Positions 38,165-48,191 of a stretch of DNA of 64,000 nucleotides are shown piece after piece. Below the pieces are notes generated by a model. The model worked only from the letters and a program-made list of their open reading frames with translations. It had not been told where the DNA came from and searched no databases. The translations under genes and the position numbers were made by a program. Position 1 is the first letter of the stretch. Each line of letters begins with the position of its first letter. The DNA comes from an uncultured Gammaproteobacteria bacterium (GTDB lineage Bacteria > Pseudomonadota > Gammaproteobacteria > UBA9214), in assembly GCA_963748215.1 (NCBI GenBank), contig CAVVHS010000002.1, positions 192,001 to 256,000 on the forward strand, given 5' to 3'.

Positions 38165-39130
38165 TTACTGGCCGCAGGCGGCGGCGGAGCCGTGCAGGGC
38201 CAGGCTGCCGGTGAGTGCGGCGATGCTGTCCAGCCCGTGGCGGGCGAGGTAGTCGAGGATGCCGGCATTGATGCGGGCGCAGATCAGCGGATCGTAGAAC
38301 AGCGCGGTACCGATGCCGACGGCGCTGGCGCCCGCAATGATGAACTCGATTGCGTCGGCAGCACCGGTGATGCCGCCCTGGCCGATGATCGGGATACCGT
38401 GATTCCTGCACACCTGGTAGACCTGGTGGACCTTGAGCAGCGCGACCGGCTTGATGGCGGGTCCGGACAGGCCGCCCTGATTATTGCCGATCACCGGCGT
38501 GCGGGTTTCGATGTCAATCGCCATGCCCATCAGGGTGTTGATTACGGCGAAGGCGTCGGTGCCGGACTCGATGCAGCGCCGGGCGTTGGCGGCGATATCG
38601 GTCTGGTTGGGCGAGAGCTTGGTGATGAGCGGCTTGGCGGTGACCGCGCGGCAGGCGGCAACGACGCGCGCCGACATGTCCGGATCGTTGCCGAATGCCA
38701 CGCCGCCCTCTTTCACGTTCGGGCAGGAAATGTTGATCTCGATGGCGTCGATCGGTGAGTCGTCGAAGCGACGGGTGACCTCGGCGTATTCTTCCACGGT
38801 GGACCCGGAAACATTGGCGATGAAGCGCGTTTCACTGAAGTCCAGCCCGGGGAGGGTCGTGCGAATGACGTGATCCACGCCCGGATTCTGCAGGCCGATG
38901 GCATTGAGCATGCCGGCCGGGGTCTCCGCAATCCGGTGCGGTCGGTTGCCGAGACGCGGCTGCAGGGTAGTGCCCTTGAGGCAGACGGCGCCGACGTCAC
39001 GGTTGGAAAAGCCCGTGACGCGTGTGTATTCTTCGCCGAAGCCGACACAGCCGGACAGCAATACCAGCGGCGTCGCAAACGGCATTCCGCAGAAATCGAC
39101 CTTGAGTTTTTGTTTGTCAGCAGCGCTCAT
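38165..39130 (-). CDS. pyrD: Dihydroorotate dehydrogenase, class 1 (soluble, 1B-like)
   Basis: KGTT, ETPAGMLNAIGLQNPG, catalytic NISCPN, KLSPN, GGLSGPAIKP; no N-terminal quinone-binding extension. Confidence 0.9.
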   Translation of the reverse strand: MSAADKQKLKVDFCGMPFATPLVLLSGCVGFGEEYTRVTGFSNRDVGAVCLKGTTLQPRLGNRPHRIAETPAGMLNAIGLQNPGVDHVIRTTLPGLDFSETRFIANVSGSTVEEYAEVTRRFDDSPIDAIEINISCPNVKEGGVAFGNDPDMSARVVAACRAVTAKPLITKLSPNQTDIAANARRCIESGTDAFAVINTLMGMAIDIETRTPVIGNNQGGLSGPAIKPVALLKVHQVYQVCRNHGIPIIGQGGITGAADAIEFIIAGASAVGIGTALFYDPLICARINAGILDYLARHGLDSIAALTGSLALHGSAAACGQ

Positions 39131-39158
39131 TTGCTTCAGGGTCTGGCCAGGGTGACTG

Positions 39159-39632
39159 ATGTTTCACGTCGTACTTTACCAGCCGGAGATTCCGCCGAAT
39201 ACGGGCAACATCATACGCCTTTGCGCCAACACGGGCAGTACCCTGCACCTGATTCACCCGCTTGGCTTCGAGCTCGACGATCGCAGGCTGCGGCGTGCCG
39301 GGCTGGATTATCGCGAGTTCGCGAGGGTAGCGGAACATGCCACGTTGCAGGACTTTTCCCGGGTCGTGCAGCCGGCCAGTCTGCGCGGCGTCTCGACACG
39401 CGGGGTGCGCATGTATACGGAGGTCGCCTATCGTCCCGGTGATGCGTTCCTGTTCGGCCCGGAAACGCGCGGCCTGCCGCCCGAAATCCTGGCTGAACTC
39501 GGCGGGGATGCGGTGTTGCGGGTGCCCATGCTGCCCGGTAGCCGCAGTCTCAACCTGGCCAACACGGTAGCCGTGGTGGTATACGAGGCATGGCGCCAGC
39601 AGGCTTTCAACGGGTCAACGGATTCACTCTGA
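39159..39632 (+). CDS. trmL: tRNA (cytidine/uridine(34)-2'-O)-methyltransferase
   Basis: VLYQPEIPPNTGNIIRLCAN, RRAGLDY, FGPETRGLP, RSLNLA. Confidence 0.95.
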   Translation: MFHVVLYQPEIPPNTGNIIRLCANTGSTLHLIHPLGFELDDRRLRRAGLDYREFARVAEHATLQDFSRVVQPASLRGVSTRGVRMYTEVAYRPGDAFLFGPETRGLPPEILAELGGDAVLRVPMLPGSRSLNLANTVAVVVYEAWRQQAFNGSTDSL

Positions 39633-40625
39633 GCGGATATCTTCGCGTGACAGCAGGTTGTGCAGGGCCTCGCGCGGCGCGAGCCCCTCGTGCAGTACCC
39701 TGAACACCTGTTCCGAGATCGGCATTTCGACGCGCCAGTTCCGGGCCAGCTGCACGACTTCGCGCGCGGTATTGAAACCCTCGACCACCTGACCGATTTC
39801 ACGCACGGCACGATCCAGCGCCTTGCCTTGCCCGAGTGCCAGTCCGAGACGGCGGTTGCGCGACAGGTCATCGGTGCAGGTAAGGATGAGATCGCCCAGC
39901 CCCGAGAGCCCCATCAGTGTTTCGCGCCGCACCCCCATGGCATCGCCGAGCCGGATGATTTCCGCCAGTCCGCGTGTGATCAGGGCGGCGCGGCTGTTGG
40001 CGCCGAGCTGCATGCCGTCGGTGATGCCGGAGGCGATGGCAAGCACGTTCTTGACCGTGCCGCCGAGCTGCACACCCAGCATGTCATCGCTGGTGTATAC
40101 GCGCATGACATCGCCATGCAGGCGAGCGGCCATGTCATTGGCAAACACCGGGTTGGTGGATGCGACCGTCAGTGCGGTCGGCAATCCCCTGGCAACCTCG
40201 AGGGCAAAGGTCGGTCCTGACAGCACGGCGGCCGGGTATTTCGTTCCCGCCACTTCCTCGAGCACGTCGCTCATGAACTTGCCGCTGCCGTATTCCAGGC
40301 CCTTGGTCGCCCAGGCGATGCGCCGGCGGGCATCGAGCAGCGGCAGCATTCGCTGGAGCACCTCGCGAAAGGCATGACTCGGTACGACGATCAGCAGGTC
40401 GCGCGAGTCACCGATGGCGGCGGCGAGATCGGATTCGATGGACAGCCTGTCAGGGAACTGAATGTCCGGCAGAAATGCGTTGTTCTGGCGCGTCCTGGCA
40501 AGCGTGCGCATGAATTCCGCTTCATGGCCCCACAGGCAGGTCGGGTTGTCGTTGGCTGCCAGTCGAATCGCAAGCGCCGTGCCCCAGGAACCGGCACCCA
40601 GTACGGTTATCGATTCGCGGTTCAT
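39624..40625 (-). CDS. gpsA: NAD(P)H-dependent glycerol-3-phosphate dehydrogenase
   Basis: LGAGSWGTALA, SGPTFA, KNVLAI, GDLILTCT. Start at ATG 40625. Confidence 0.96.
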   Translation of the reverse strand: MNRESITVLGAGSWGTALAIRLAANDNPTCLWGHEAEFMRTLARTRQNNAFLPDIQFPDRLSIESDLAAAIGDSRDLLIVVPSHAFREVLQRMLPLLDARRRIAWATKGLEYGSGKFMSDVLEEVAGTKYPAAVLSGPTFALEVARGLPTALTVASTNPVFANDMAARLHGDVMRVYTSDDMLGVQLGGTVKNVLAIASGITDGMQLGANSRAALITRGLAEIIRLGDAMGVRRETLMGLSGLGDLILTCTDDLSRNRRLGLALGQGKALDRAVREIGQVVEGFNTAREVVQLARNWRVEMPISEQVFRVLHEGLAPREALHNLLSREDIRSE

Positions 40626-40680
40626 GGTGTCAGTGCCGGTTTGCCGGTACGTCAAAGGTACTATCGTACCGTGCAGTGAA

Positions 40681-41163
40681 TCAGTTGCCGGCCGGTTGCT
40701 GTGCTGCGGCTGCTTCTGCCAGCCGTTCTTGTACAGGGCATCAAAATTCACCGGGGCAAGCAGTAACTGCGGGAAACCGCCCGGGTGACGAGATCGGAAA
40801 TAACGAAGGAGGCATAGGGATAAAGATGCGCGGGCAATGAACGTTGAGGATCTCTGTGCATCTGCTCGGCATTCAAACCCGTGTAGAAAATAGATACCGG
40901 CCTGCTGCACCTCGGCGAGATAGGCGTTGGCATCATCGACTTTCATGGTGGCCGTCAGCGACAGTACCACTTCGTAACTGACTGTCCTGCAACTCGGTGA
41001 TTTTCTGGCCAAGATCCAGATTGAGATTCGGTTTCCATTCACGGGTGAAAATTTCCGGCGAGTTCGGTGTCTCGAAGGAGATGTCCTTGATGTACACCTT
41101 CTGGGTGTGAATGACAGGATTGTTTTCCTGGTTCCCGGCGGTGTCCTGTGCGTTCTCGGCCAT
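40681..41163 (-). pseudogene. secB: Protein-export chaperone SecB, frameshifted in this sequence (likely assembly errors)
   Basis: Fragments across frames: QKVYIKDISFETPNSP / YEVVLSLT...EVQQAGI / HCPRI / YPYASFVISDLVTR / GGFPQLLLAPVNFDALY; about six single-base indels. Confidence 0.9.
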
Positions 41164-41226
41164 GGCAAGTTTCCTGGTGGGCAGATGGTTGTTTTATTAA
41201 CGCCCCGCGACGATCAAGAGGGCTGC

Positions 41227-41652
41227 CTAGTTGCTTTTCGAGAGCGGCAGCTCGGCCTTTTGCCAGCCAAGGATGCCGCCTCTCAGGTTGTATACGGACG
41301 AGAAGCCCTGCTTGCGCAGCCTGCTGCAGTATCCGTTTGATTGGTTGCCGCTGTTGCAGTAAACAATCACCGGCTTGTCCCGGTATTTATCGAGCGAGGC
41401 CAGGTTGTCCTGTGACGGTATGTGCAGCGCATTGATCACGTGCCCCTCGCGGTACTCCTTGTCGCTGCGCATGTCGACCATGACGGCATTGTCGTGATTG
41501 AGCATGCGGGTCGCCTCTCCCGGACCGATTTCGCTGACACCGCTCAGTCGCGCCCGCAGCTCACCACCGGCCAGCATGGCGAGAATCGCGAACAGTGCCA
41601 TCACCAGAAGCGGGTGGTTGCTGCCGAACTCGATAAGCTGGTTGATATCCAT
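41227..41652 (-). CDS. Membrane-anchored rhodanese-domain protein (YibN-like)
   Basis: N-terminal TM, DMRS..EY..GHV, IVYCNSG, LRGGILGW. Confidence 0.9.
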   Translation of the reverse strand: MDINQLIEFGSNHPLLVMALFAILAMLAGGELRARLSGVSEIGPGEATRMLNHDNAVMVDMRSDKEYREGHVINALHIPSQDNLASLDKYRDKPVIVYCNSGNQSNGYCSRLRKQGFSSVYNLRGGILGWQKAELPLSKSN

Positions 41653-41739
41653 TGTTTCTCCGTGAACAGGCTTTCACACAGCAGTCCTGGCTGTTGTTAC
41701 TCAGTTGGTTTGCGAGACTGCCGGATCGGCAGTCTCGCT

Positions 41740-42054
41740 TCAGGGGCTGGTGCAAAAAACTTCGCGCATCATGCTGATCAGCCTGAGCGTGCGTGAGTCC
41801 CCCACGCGGTAAAATACGCGGTTGGCATCCTTGCGCGACGCCAGAATGCCCTTGTCGCGGAGGATGGCAAGATGTTGCGAGATGTTGCTCTGCGATGTGC
41901 CAACCCGTTCCACGATATCCTGAACGCTGATCTCCTGATCACCCAGGGTACAGAGTATTTTCAGTCGTAGCGGGTGCGACATCGCCTTGAGCGAACGCGA
42001 AGCCCGGTCTATATCTTCGGCGCGGGTAATCAGTGTTTCATTGCTTGCTGTCAT
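41740..42054 (-). CDS. ArsR/SmtB family transcriptional regulator
   Basis: LKAMSHPLRLKIL...SQSNISQHLAILR. Confidence 0.92.
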   Translation of the reverse strand: MTASNETLITRAEDIDRASRSLKAMSHPLRLKILCTLGDQEISVQDIVERVGTSQSNISQHLAILRDKGILASRKDANRVFYRVGDSRTLRLISMMREVFCTSP

Positions 42055-42255
42055 CCAGCAGCCCCTCTGTGTGTGATGCTGTTACTATAGGTTACTGCAT
42101 TCATTACTAAAACATTATACAATAATAAGCCATTCGGGCCATAAGCGGGAAATAAAAATACGCCCGGTACGCCAGGGTTCGCCCGTCCACCCCTGCACCC
42201 CGGCCGGCAGTGTTGGCCATACAGTGCATGATAATTTAGACTTCCCCCCGACCTT

Positions 42256-43875
42256 ATGAGTGGACAGCAATCACAACACCGGAATCGCCCTGCAAGGCCC
42301 ATGGTTTTATTGATCCTGGATGGCTGGGGCTACAGCGAAATCCCGCAGCACAATGCCATCGCCGCCGCCCGCAAGCCGGTCTGGGATGCGCTCTGGAAGG
42401 AATATCCGCACATGCTGATCCGCACCTCGGGTGCCGCGGTCGGCCTGCCAGCCGACCAGATGGGCAACTCCGAGGTCGGCCACCTGAACCTCGGTGCCGG
42501 GCGCGTCGTGTACCAGGAATTCACCCGCGTCAGCCGTGCCATCAAGACCGGTTCGTTCTTCACCAACCTGACCCTGACCGATGCCGTCGACAAGGCCGTC
42601 GAGAGCGACCGGGCGGTGCATATACTCGGCCTGCTGTCCCCGGGCGGTGTACACAGTCACGAAGAACACATCCATGCCATGGTCGAACTCGCCGTACAGC
42701 GCGGCGCGAAAAAGGTCTTCCTGCATGCATTCCTCGACGGTCGCGATACCCCGCCGAACAGCGCCGAGCCGTCCATCCGCGCCATGGAAGACCAGTTCAG
42801 CAAGCTGCAGGGCGGCCGCTTCGCCTCGGTCATCGGCCGCTACTACGCCATGGATCGCGATCATCACTGGCCGCGCATTCAGGCCGCCTACGACCTGATT
42901 ACGCAAGGCAAGGCGGAATTTGTCGCCCCCGATGCGCTGACGGCGCTCGAGCTGGCCTACGCGCGCGGCGAGGGTGACGAGTTCGTCAAGGCCACCGCGA
43001 TCGTGCCTGCGGGCACGCAGCCGGTGAGCATCGATGACGGCGATGTCATCGTTTTCATGAATTACCGTTCCGACCGTGCCCGCCAGATCACGCGTCCGTT
43101 CATTGAACCCGATTTCGAGGGTTTCGCGCGCGAGGCGCAACCCAGGCTCGGTGGTTTCGTCAGCCTGACCGAGTACAAGTCGGACTTCAACGTGCACGTG
43201 GCCTACCCGGCCGAACGCCTGAAGAACGTGTTTGGGGAATACATCTCCAGCCACGGCCTGCGCCAGTTGCGCCTGGCGGAAACTGAAAAATACGCCCACG
43301 TCACGTTTTTCTTCAACGGCGGCGTCGAAGAGCCCTTCGAGGGCGAGGATCGCATCCTGGTAAAATCGCCGATGGTGGCGACCTACGACCTGCAGCCCGA
43401 AATGAATTCCGCCGAGGTCACCGATCACCTGGTGGAAGCGCTGCAAAGCGGTACCTACGACGTGATCATCTGTAATTACGCCAACCCGGACATGGTCGGC
43501 CATTCCGGCAAATTCGACGCGGCGGTCAAGGCCATCGAGGCGGTCGATCGCGCACTGGGGCGCGTGCAGGAGGCCTTGCTGGACAGCGGCGGCGAAATGC
43601 TGATCACCGCGGATCATGGCAATGCCGAGCAGATGATGGACGAGGAAACCGGCCAGCCGCATACTGCACATACCAGCAACCTGGTGCCGCTGATCTATGT
43701 CGGGCGGCAGGCCATGATGGCCGAACACGGTGCACTGTCGGATGTGGTACCCAGCATGATGTACCTGATGAACATGGAAATACCGCCGGAAATGACCGGT
43801 ACTCCGCTGGTGACCCTGCTCCCGGAAAGCGGCGCGGACGAGGAACCGGCTTCACCCGCCGAAATGCATGGTTGA
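42256..43875 (+). CDS. gpmI: 2,3-BPG-independent phosphoglycerate mutase
   Basis: [33 protein letters not shown]. Confidence 0.97.
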   Translation: MSGQQSQHRNRPARPMVLLILDGWGYSEIPQHNAIAAARKPVWDALWKEYPHMLIRTSGAAVGLPADQMGNSEVGHLNLGAGRVVYQEFTRVSRAIKTGSFFTNLTLTDAVDKAVESDRAVHILGLLSPGGVHSHEEHIHAMVELAVQRGAKKVFLHAFLDGRDTPPNSAEPSIRAMEDQFSKLQGGRFASVIGRYYAMDRDHHWPRIQAAYDLITQGKAEFVAPDALTALELAYARGEGDEFVKATAIVPAGTQPVSIDDGDVIVFMNYRSDRARQITRPFIEPDFEGFAREAQPRLGGFVSLTEYKSDFNVHVAYPAERLKNVFGEYISSHGLRQLRLAETEKYAHVTFFFNGGVEEPFEGEDRILVKSPMVATYDLQPEMNSAEVTDHLVEALQSGTYDVIICNYANPDMVGHSGKFDAAVKAIEAVDRALGRVQEALLDSGGEMLITADHGNAEQMMDEETGQPHTAHTSNLVPLIYVGRQAMMAEHGALSDVVPSMMYLMNMEIPPEMTGTPLVTLLPESGADEEPASPAEMHG

Positions 43876-45154
43876 ACGCCGGCCCGTCCCCGCGCCGGTA
43901 AATCGACCGTTTTCCTATGGCCTGCGCAAACAGGCAGGCATACCCGCGGTTACCGGCATCCTTCCGCTGCTGCTGGCCGTTGCCCTGCTGGCCGGTGGTT
44001 TGCCGGGCAGCGCTGCAGTCGCTGCGGATACCGGCCAGATCGCGCAGGAAAAGCAAAAACTGCAGCAGCTGCGCGAGCGCATTAACACCCTAAAGGGCGA
44101 ACTGAAGTCGGTGCGCGGCCAGCACGATGCACAGCAGGCGGCGCTGGAAAAGACCGACAAGGCAATTGGCCGGATTACGGCGGAATTGCGCCGGCTGGAC
44201 AGGCAGGAAGCGACGGCGCGGCAAGAACTGATCCGGCTCGAGGGTGAGCGTGATACCGTCAGATCCAGGCTCGGCAGGATGCACGCGGCGCTGGCGAGGG
44301 AACTGCAGATGGCCTACAGGAATGGTCGCCAGGAACGCATCAAGCTGCTGCTGAACCAGGACGATCCTGCCCGGGTCGGACGCATGCTGACTTACCAGGG
44401 CTATTTCACGCGTGCGCGCGGCAGGCGCATGGATGAGTTCCGTGCCGTGCTTGACCAGCTGCATGGCGCCGAACAGGTGTTGCTCGAACAGCAGACGGCG
44501 CTGGCCGGGTTGCGTACAGAACAGGAACAGCAGGCGGCGCAACTTGGCACTGAAAAAGCGCGCCAGGCCGCCATTCTTGCGGAGCTGAAACAACGCCTTG
44601 CCAGCGGTTCGTCGGAGCTGGGCACGCTCCAGGCCGACGAGGAGCGTATCAACAAACTTCTGGTTTCCCTCCAACAGGCGTTGCGCGATATCCCGACGGA
44701 TGCCGGCCGGCAGCCTCTGGCCAAACTCAAGGGCAAGCTGGAGTGGCCGGTGGCGGGCAAGATCAGCATGCGATTTGGCGCGCAGCAGGCCAGCGGCAAG
44801 ATGCGCGCGCGGGGTGTTCACATCACCACCCGTTCCGGTGCCGATGTTCAGGCCATCGCGCGGGGGCGCGTGGTCTTTGCCGACTGGCTACGCGGGTTCG
44901 GCCTGCTGCTGATCCTCGACCATGGCGACGGCTACATGTCACTGTACGGGGAAAACAGTAGTCTTTACAAGGGAGTTGGCGAGTGGGTCGCGCGTGGCGA
45001 AGTCATAGCCGCGGCCGGCAACAGCGGTGGACAGCTACGTACCGGCCTGTATCTGGAATTGCGCAAGGACGGCCAGCCGGTCAATCCCGATGGCTGGTTC
45101 AAGGGGCAGCCACCCGCGCAGCGCGCCGCCCGCGCCGGCACGGGTGGCGGTTGA
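43868..45154 (+). CDS. envC: Murein hydrolase activator EnvC
   Basis: Signal/TM segment, long coiled coil, degenerate M23 domain; conserved position after gpmI. Confidence 0.88.
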   Translation: MVERRPVPAPVNRPFSYGLRKQAGIPAVTGILPLLLAVALLAGGLPGSAAVAADTGQIAQEKQKLQQLRERINTLKGELKSVRGQHDAQQAALEKTDKAIGRITAELRRLDRQEATARQELIRLEGERDTVRSRLGRMHAALARELQMAYRNGRQERIKLLLNQDDPARVGRMLTYQGYFTRARGRRMDEFRAVLDQLHGAEQVLLEQQTALAGLRTEQEQQAAQLGTEKARQAAILAELKQRLASGSSELGTLQADEERINKLLVSLQQALRDIPTDAGRQPLAKLKGKLEWPVAGKISMRFGAQQASGKMRARGVHITTRSGADVQAIARGRVVFADWLRGFGLLLILDHGDGYMSLYGENSSLYKGVGEWVARGEVIAAAGNSGGQLRTGLYLELRKDGQPVNPDGWFKGQPPAQRAARAGTGGG

Positions 45155-45341
45155 ATCAAGTCCGATATTACTTGTCATAACTGCGTCGGGCCATGCATTG
45201 TCGCGCCGATCAAGGAGTTTCCTGTCAAGCCGATACCGCTTCTGGCAACGCTGTGATAATGTTGATAATTCGCGATAACAGCGCAACGGCTTGCAGCATC
45301 CTGCGGGACACCGCCCGGTTGGCGCACTACGGACACTAGAG

Positions 45342-46682
45342 ATGAAATCCAAACTGAAACCGAATATTCAAAGTTATTTGCTCCTGCTGACCGGCCTGAT
45401 GATAGGTGTCCTGGTTTCGATTGGGCATGGTGTGCTGGCGGAGCGCGAGACCGCCCAGGCGACATTGCCGATCGAGGAGCTGCGCACCTTCAGTGACGTG
45501 TTCGGGCGCATCAAGAATGACTATGTCGTCGATGTCGATGACAAGGAGCTGATCGAGAATGCTATCCGCGGCATGCTGTCGGGCCTCGATCCGCATTCCT
45601 CCTATCTCGATTCGGAACAGTTCAACGAATTGCAGGTCGGCACTACCGGCCAGTTCGGCGGTCTCGGTATCGAGGTCGGCATGGAAGACGGTTTCGTCAA
45701 GGTGATCGCACCTATCGATGATACGCCGGCAGAGCGGGCCGGCATCCAGGCCGGCGACCTCGTTATCCGCCTCGACGACACGCCGGTCAAGGGTATGTCG
45801 CTTAACGATGCGGTAAAGATCATGCGCGGCGAACCGGGCAGCGATATCGTACTGACGATCGTGCGCGAAGGTGCCGACCAGCCGATCAAGATCACCATTA
45901 CGCGCGACATTATCAAGGTGAAAAGCGTCAAGTCACGCATGCTCGTAGACGGCTACGGCTACCTGCGAATTTCACAGTTCCAGTCGAAGAGCGCGAACAA
46001 CATGGTCGATGCGATTAATGCTATGAAGAAAGAGCGCGGTGGCAAGCTGGACGGCCTGGTGCTCGACCTGCGCAATAATCCGGGTGGCGTGCTCAACGGT
46101 GCCGTTGCCGTTTCCGATGCGTTCCTGACCAAGGGCATGATCGTCTACACCGAGGGTCGCATCGCCGACTCCAAGTTGCGCTTCAACGCTACGCCGGACG
46201 ACATACTGGACGGCGCGCCACTTGTGGTGCTGGTCAATCAGGGCTCCGCATCGGCTTCGGAAATCGTCGCGGGCGCATTGCAGGATCACAAGCGCGCCAT
46301 CATCATGGGCGCCAAGACCTTCGGCAAGGGTTCGGTGCAGACTATCCTGCCATTGACCAACGACTCCGCGCTCAAGCTGACCACGGCGCGCTACTACACA
46401 CCGTCGGGGCGCTCTATCCAGGCCGAGGGTATTACCCCGGACATCGTGCTCCAGACGGTACAGGTGTCCGCGGTGGACAAGGACATACAGCCGCTGACAG
46501 AGGCCAACCTGTCCAAGCATCTCGAGAACGGCAAGTCCGGAAAGGACAAGTCCGACAAGGACAAGAACGGCGATGACAAGTCGAACGGCGATACCAGCAC
46601 CTTGCTGAAAGATGATTACATGCTGTACGAGGCACTCAACCTGCTCAAGGGTCTGGCGATCCTGCAGGCACGCATGAAGTAA
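45342..46682 (+). CDS. ctpA: Carboxy-terminal processing protease (S41)
   Basis: LDPHS, PDZ domain, DLRNNPGG, SASASEIVAGALQD, TFGKGSVQ. Confidence 0.93.
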   Translation: MKSKLKPNIQSYLLLLTGLMIGVLVSIGHGVLAERETAQATLPIEELRTFSDVFGRIKNDYVVDVDDKELIENAIRGMLSGLDPHSSYLDSEQFNELQVGTTGQFGGLGIEVGMEDGFVKVIAPIDDTPAERAGIQAGDLVIRLDDTPVKGMSLNDAVKIMRGEPGSDIVLTIVREGADQPIKITITRDIIKVKSVKSRMLVDGYGYLRISQFQSKSANNMVDAINAMKKERGGKLDGLVLDLRNNPGGVLNGAVAVSDAFLTKGMIVYTEGRIADSKLRFNATPDDILDGAPLVVLVNQGSASASEIVAGALQDHKRAIIMGAKTFGKGSVQTILPLTNDSALKLTTARYYTPSGRSIQAEGITPDIVLQTVQVSAVDKDIQPLTEANLSKHLENGKSGKDKSDKDKNGDDKSNGDTSTLLKDDYMLYEALNLLKGLAILQARMK

Positions 46683-46696
46683 TCCGGGCTGACCGG

Positions 46697-47512
46697 ATGC
46701 AATCCCGACGGTCAGGCTGGCGCATCGTTTGCGCATGCTGTCTGTCCTGCCTGTCCCTGGTTGTCGCGGCCGATTCGCTGGACGATGGCAGTGCGCGCAT
46801 GCTGCCCGCGATTGCACTGATTATCGATGACCTGGGCAACCAGCGTTCTCCCGGGCGGCTGGCGGTGACACTGCCCGGCCCGGTGGCCTGCGCGTTTCTT
46901 CCGAACGGTCCCTTTACCCGCGAGCTGGCAAGTCGTGCCCATGCCGGGCGCAAGGAAGTCATGCTGCACCTGCCCATGCAGGCGCTGGAGAACGAGGCGC
47001 GCAAGGCGGAACCGGGCGAGCTCACACTGGACATGACGCTAGGCCAGTTTCGTGCAACGATCGAACAGGATATCGCCGCGGTGCCGCATGTCAGCGGACT
47101 CAACAATCACCAGGGCAGCCTGCTGACCCGGCATCCCGGCAACATGGCCTGGCTGATGCAGGCGATCAGCGAGCATGGCAAGCTGTTTTTTGTCGACAGC
47201 CGCACCACCAGCGCCACGGTGGCGCGCCGGCTGGCGCAGGAATACGGCATACCGAACAGCGAGCGCAATGTATTCCTCGATAATGAAGCGGAGCCGGAAG
47301 CGGTGCGCGCGAAGTTTCGTGAGCTGGTGAGACTGGCACGCCGTGACGGCACCGCGTTGGGTATCGGACATCCCTATCCGGCAACCCTCGGAGTGCTGGT
47401 CGAGGAATTGAACAATCTGGGTGACCACGGGGTGCAACTGATCCCGGTGGCGCGCTTGATCGAACTGCAGAACAACAGGCAACTGGTATGGCAAGCGTCC
47501 TCGTCCCGCTAG
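46697..47512 (+). CDS. Divergent polysaccharide deacetylase (YibQ-like)
   Basis: IIDDLG, HLPMQ, NNHQGS, FVDSRT, IGHP. Confidence 0.9.
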   Translation: MQSRRSGWRIVCACCLSCLSLVVAADSLDDGSARMLPAIALIIDDLGNQRSPGRLAVTLPGPVACAFLPNGPFTRELASRAHAGRKEVMLHLPMQALENEARKAEPGELTLDMTLGQFRATIEQDIAAVPHVSGLNNHQGSLLTRHPGNMAWLMQAISEHGKLFFVDSRTTSATVARRLAQEYGIPNSERNVFLDNEAEPEAVRAKFRELVRLARRDGTALGIGHPYPATLGVLVEELNNLGDHGVQLIPVARLIELQNNRQLVWQASSSR

Positions 47513-48042
47513 CACAGGGTTGTGAAGAACTGGAAGCCGTGACGGTGATCGATCTGCTGCGGCGTGCCGGCATCACGGTCGACAGCGCCGGCCTGGACGG
47601 ACAGCCGGTACACGCATCACGCGGCACGGTGCTGGTTCCCGATATCACGCTCGACGAGGCACTCTCGCGAGATTACGACATGATCGTGCTGCCGGGCGGC
47701 CTGCCGGGCGCCGACCACCTGAAGGACGATGCCAGGATCATCGAACTCGTCACGCGCATGGCAAGCCAGGACAAGTACACCGCCGCCATCTGTGCCGCGC
47801 CCCGGGTACTTGCAAAGGCTGGCCTGTTGCATGGCCGGCGTGCCACCAGCTTTCCGGGCGCGCTCGACGTCGCGGCCATTCCCGGTATCGACTACAGTGA
47901 CCAGCCGGTGGTACGGGATGGCAAGGTCATCACCTCGCGCGGCCCGGGAACCGCCATGGATTTCGCACTCGAACTGATCGAGATCCTGGTCGGCCGGCAA
48001 CAGCGTGAAACGGTGGAATCCGCGCTGCAGCGACCGGGCTGA
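47488..48042 (+). CDS. DJ-1/YajL family glyoxalase
   Basis: GCEELEA, LPGGLPGA, AAICAAP, TSRGPGTA. Confidence 0.92.
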   Translation: MASVLVPLAQGCEELEAVTVIDLLRRAGITVDSAGLDGQPVHASRGTVLVPDITLDEALSRDYDMIVLPGGLPGADHLKDDARIIELVTRMASQDKYTAAICAAPRVLAKAGLLHGRRATSFPGALDVAAIPGIDYSDQPVVRDGKVITSRGPGTAMDFALELIEILVGRQQRETVESALQRPG

Positions 48043-48191
48043 CAGCCGTACCCTGGTAACGGGAAATCATCGCGCCGGCATGCGCAGCCTCGAAATCAGC
48101 GCGCCGGCTTTCCCGGTGACACCGGGCGACAGCAAGCTGATGTGGCAATAAATCGAAATAATCTGTCCGCTGTGCTGTCACTGGTGACGGG

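Noticed and set aside
39160-39175. Third parS site at the trmL start (TGTTTCACGTCGTACT)
   Set aside because: Only the left half matches well, and it is explained by the MFHV codons.
39624-41168. Apparent 514-aa SecB-GpsA fusion
   Set aside because: Produced by the secB indels; gpsA has its own start at 40625.
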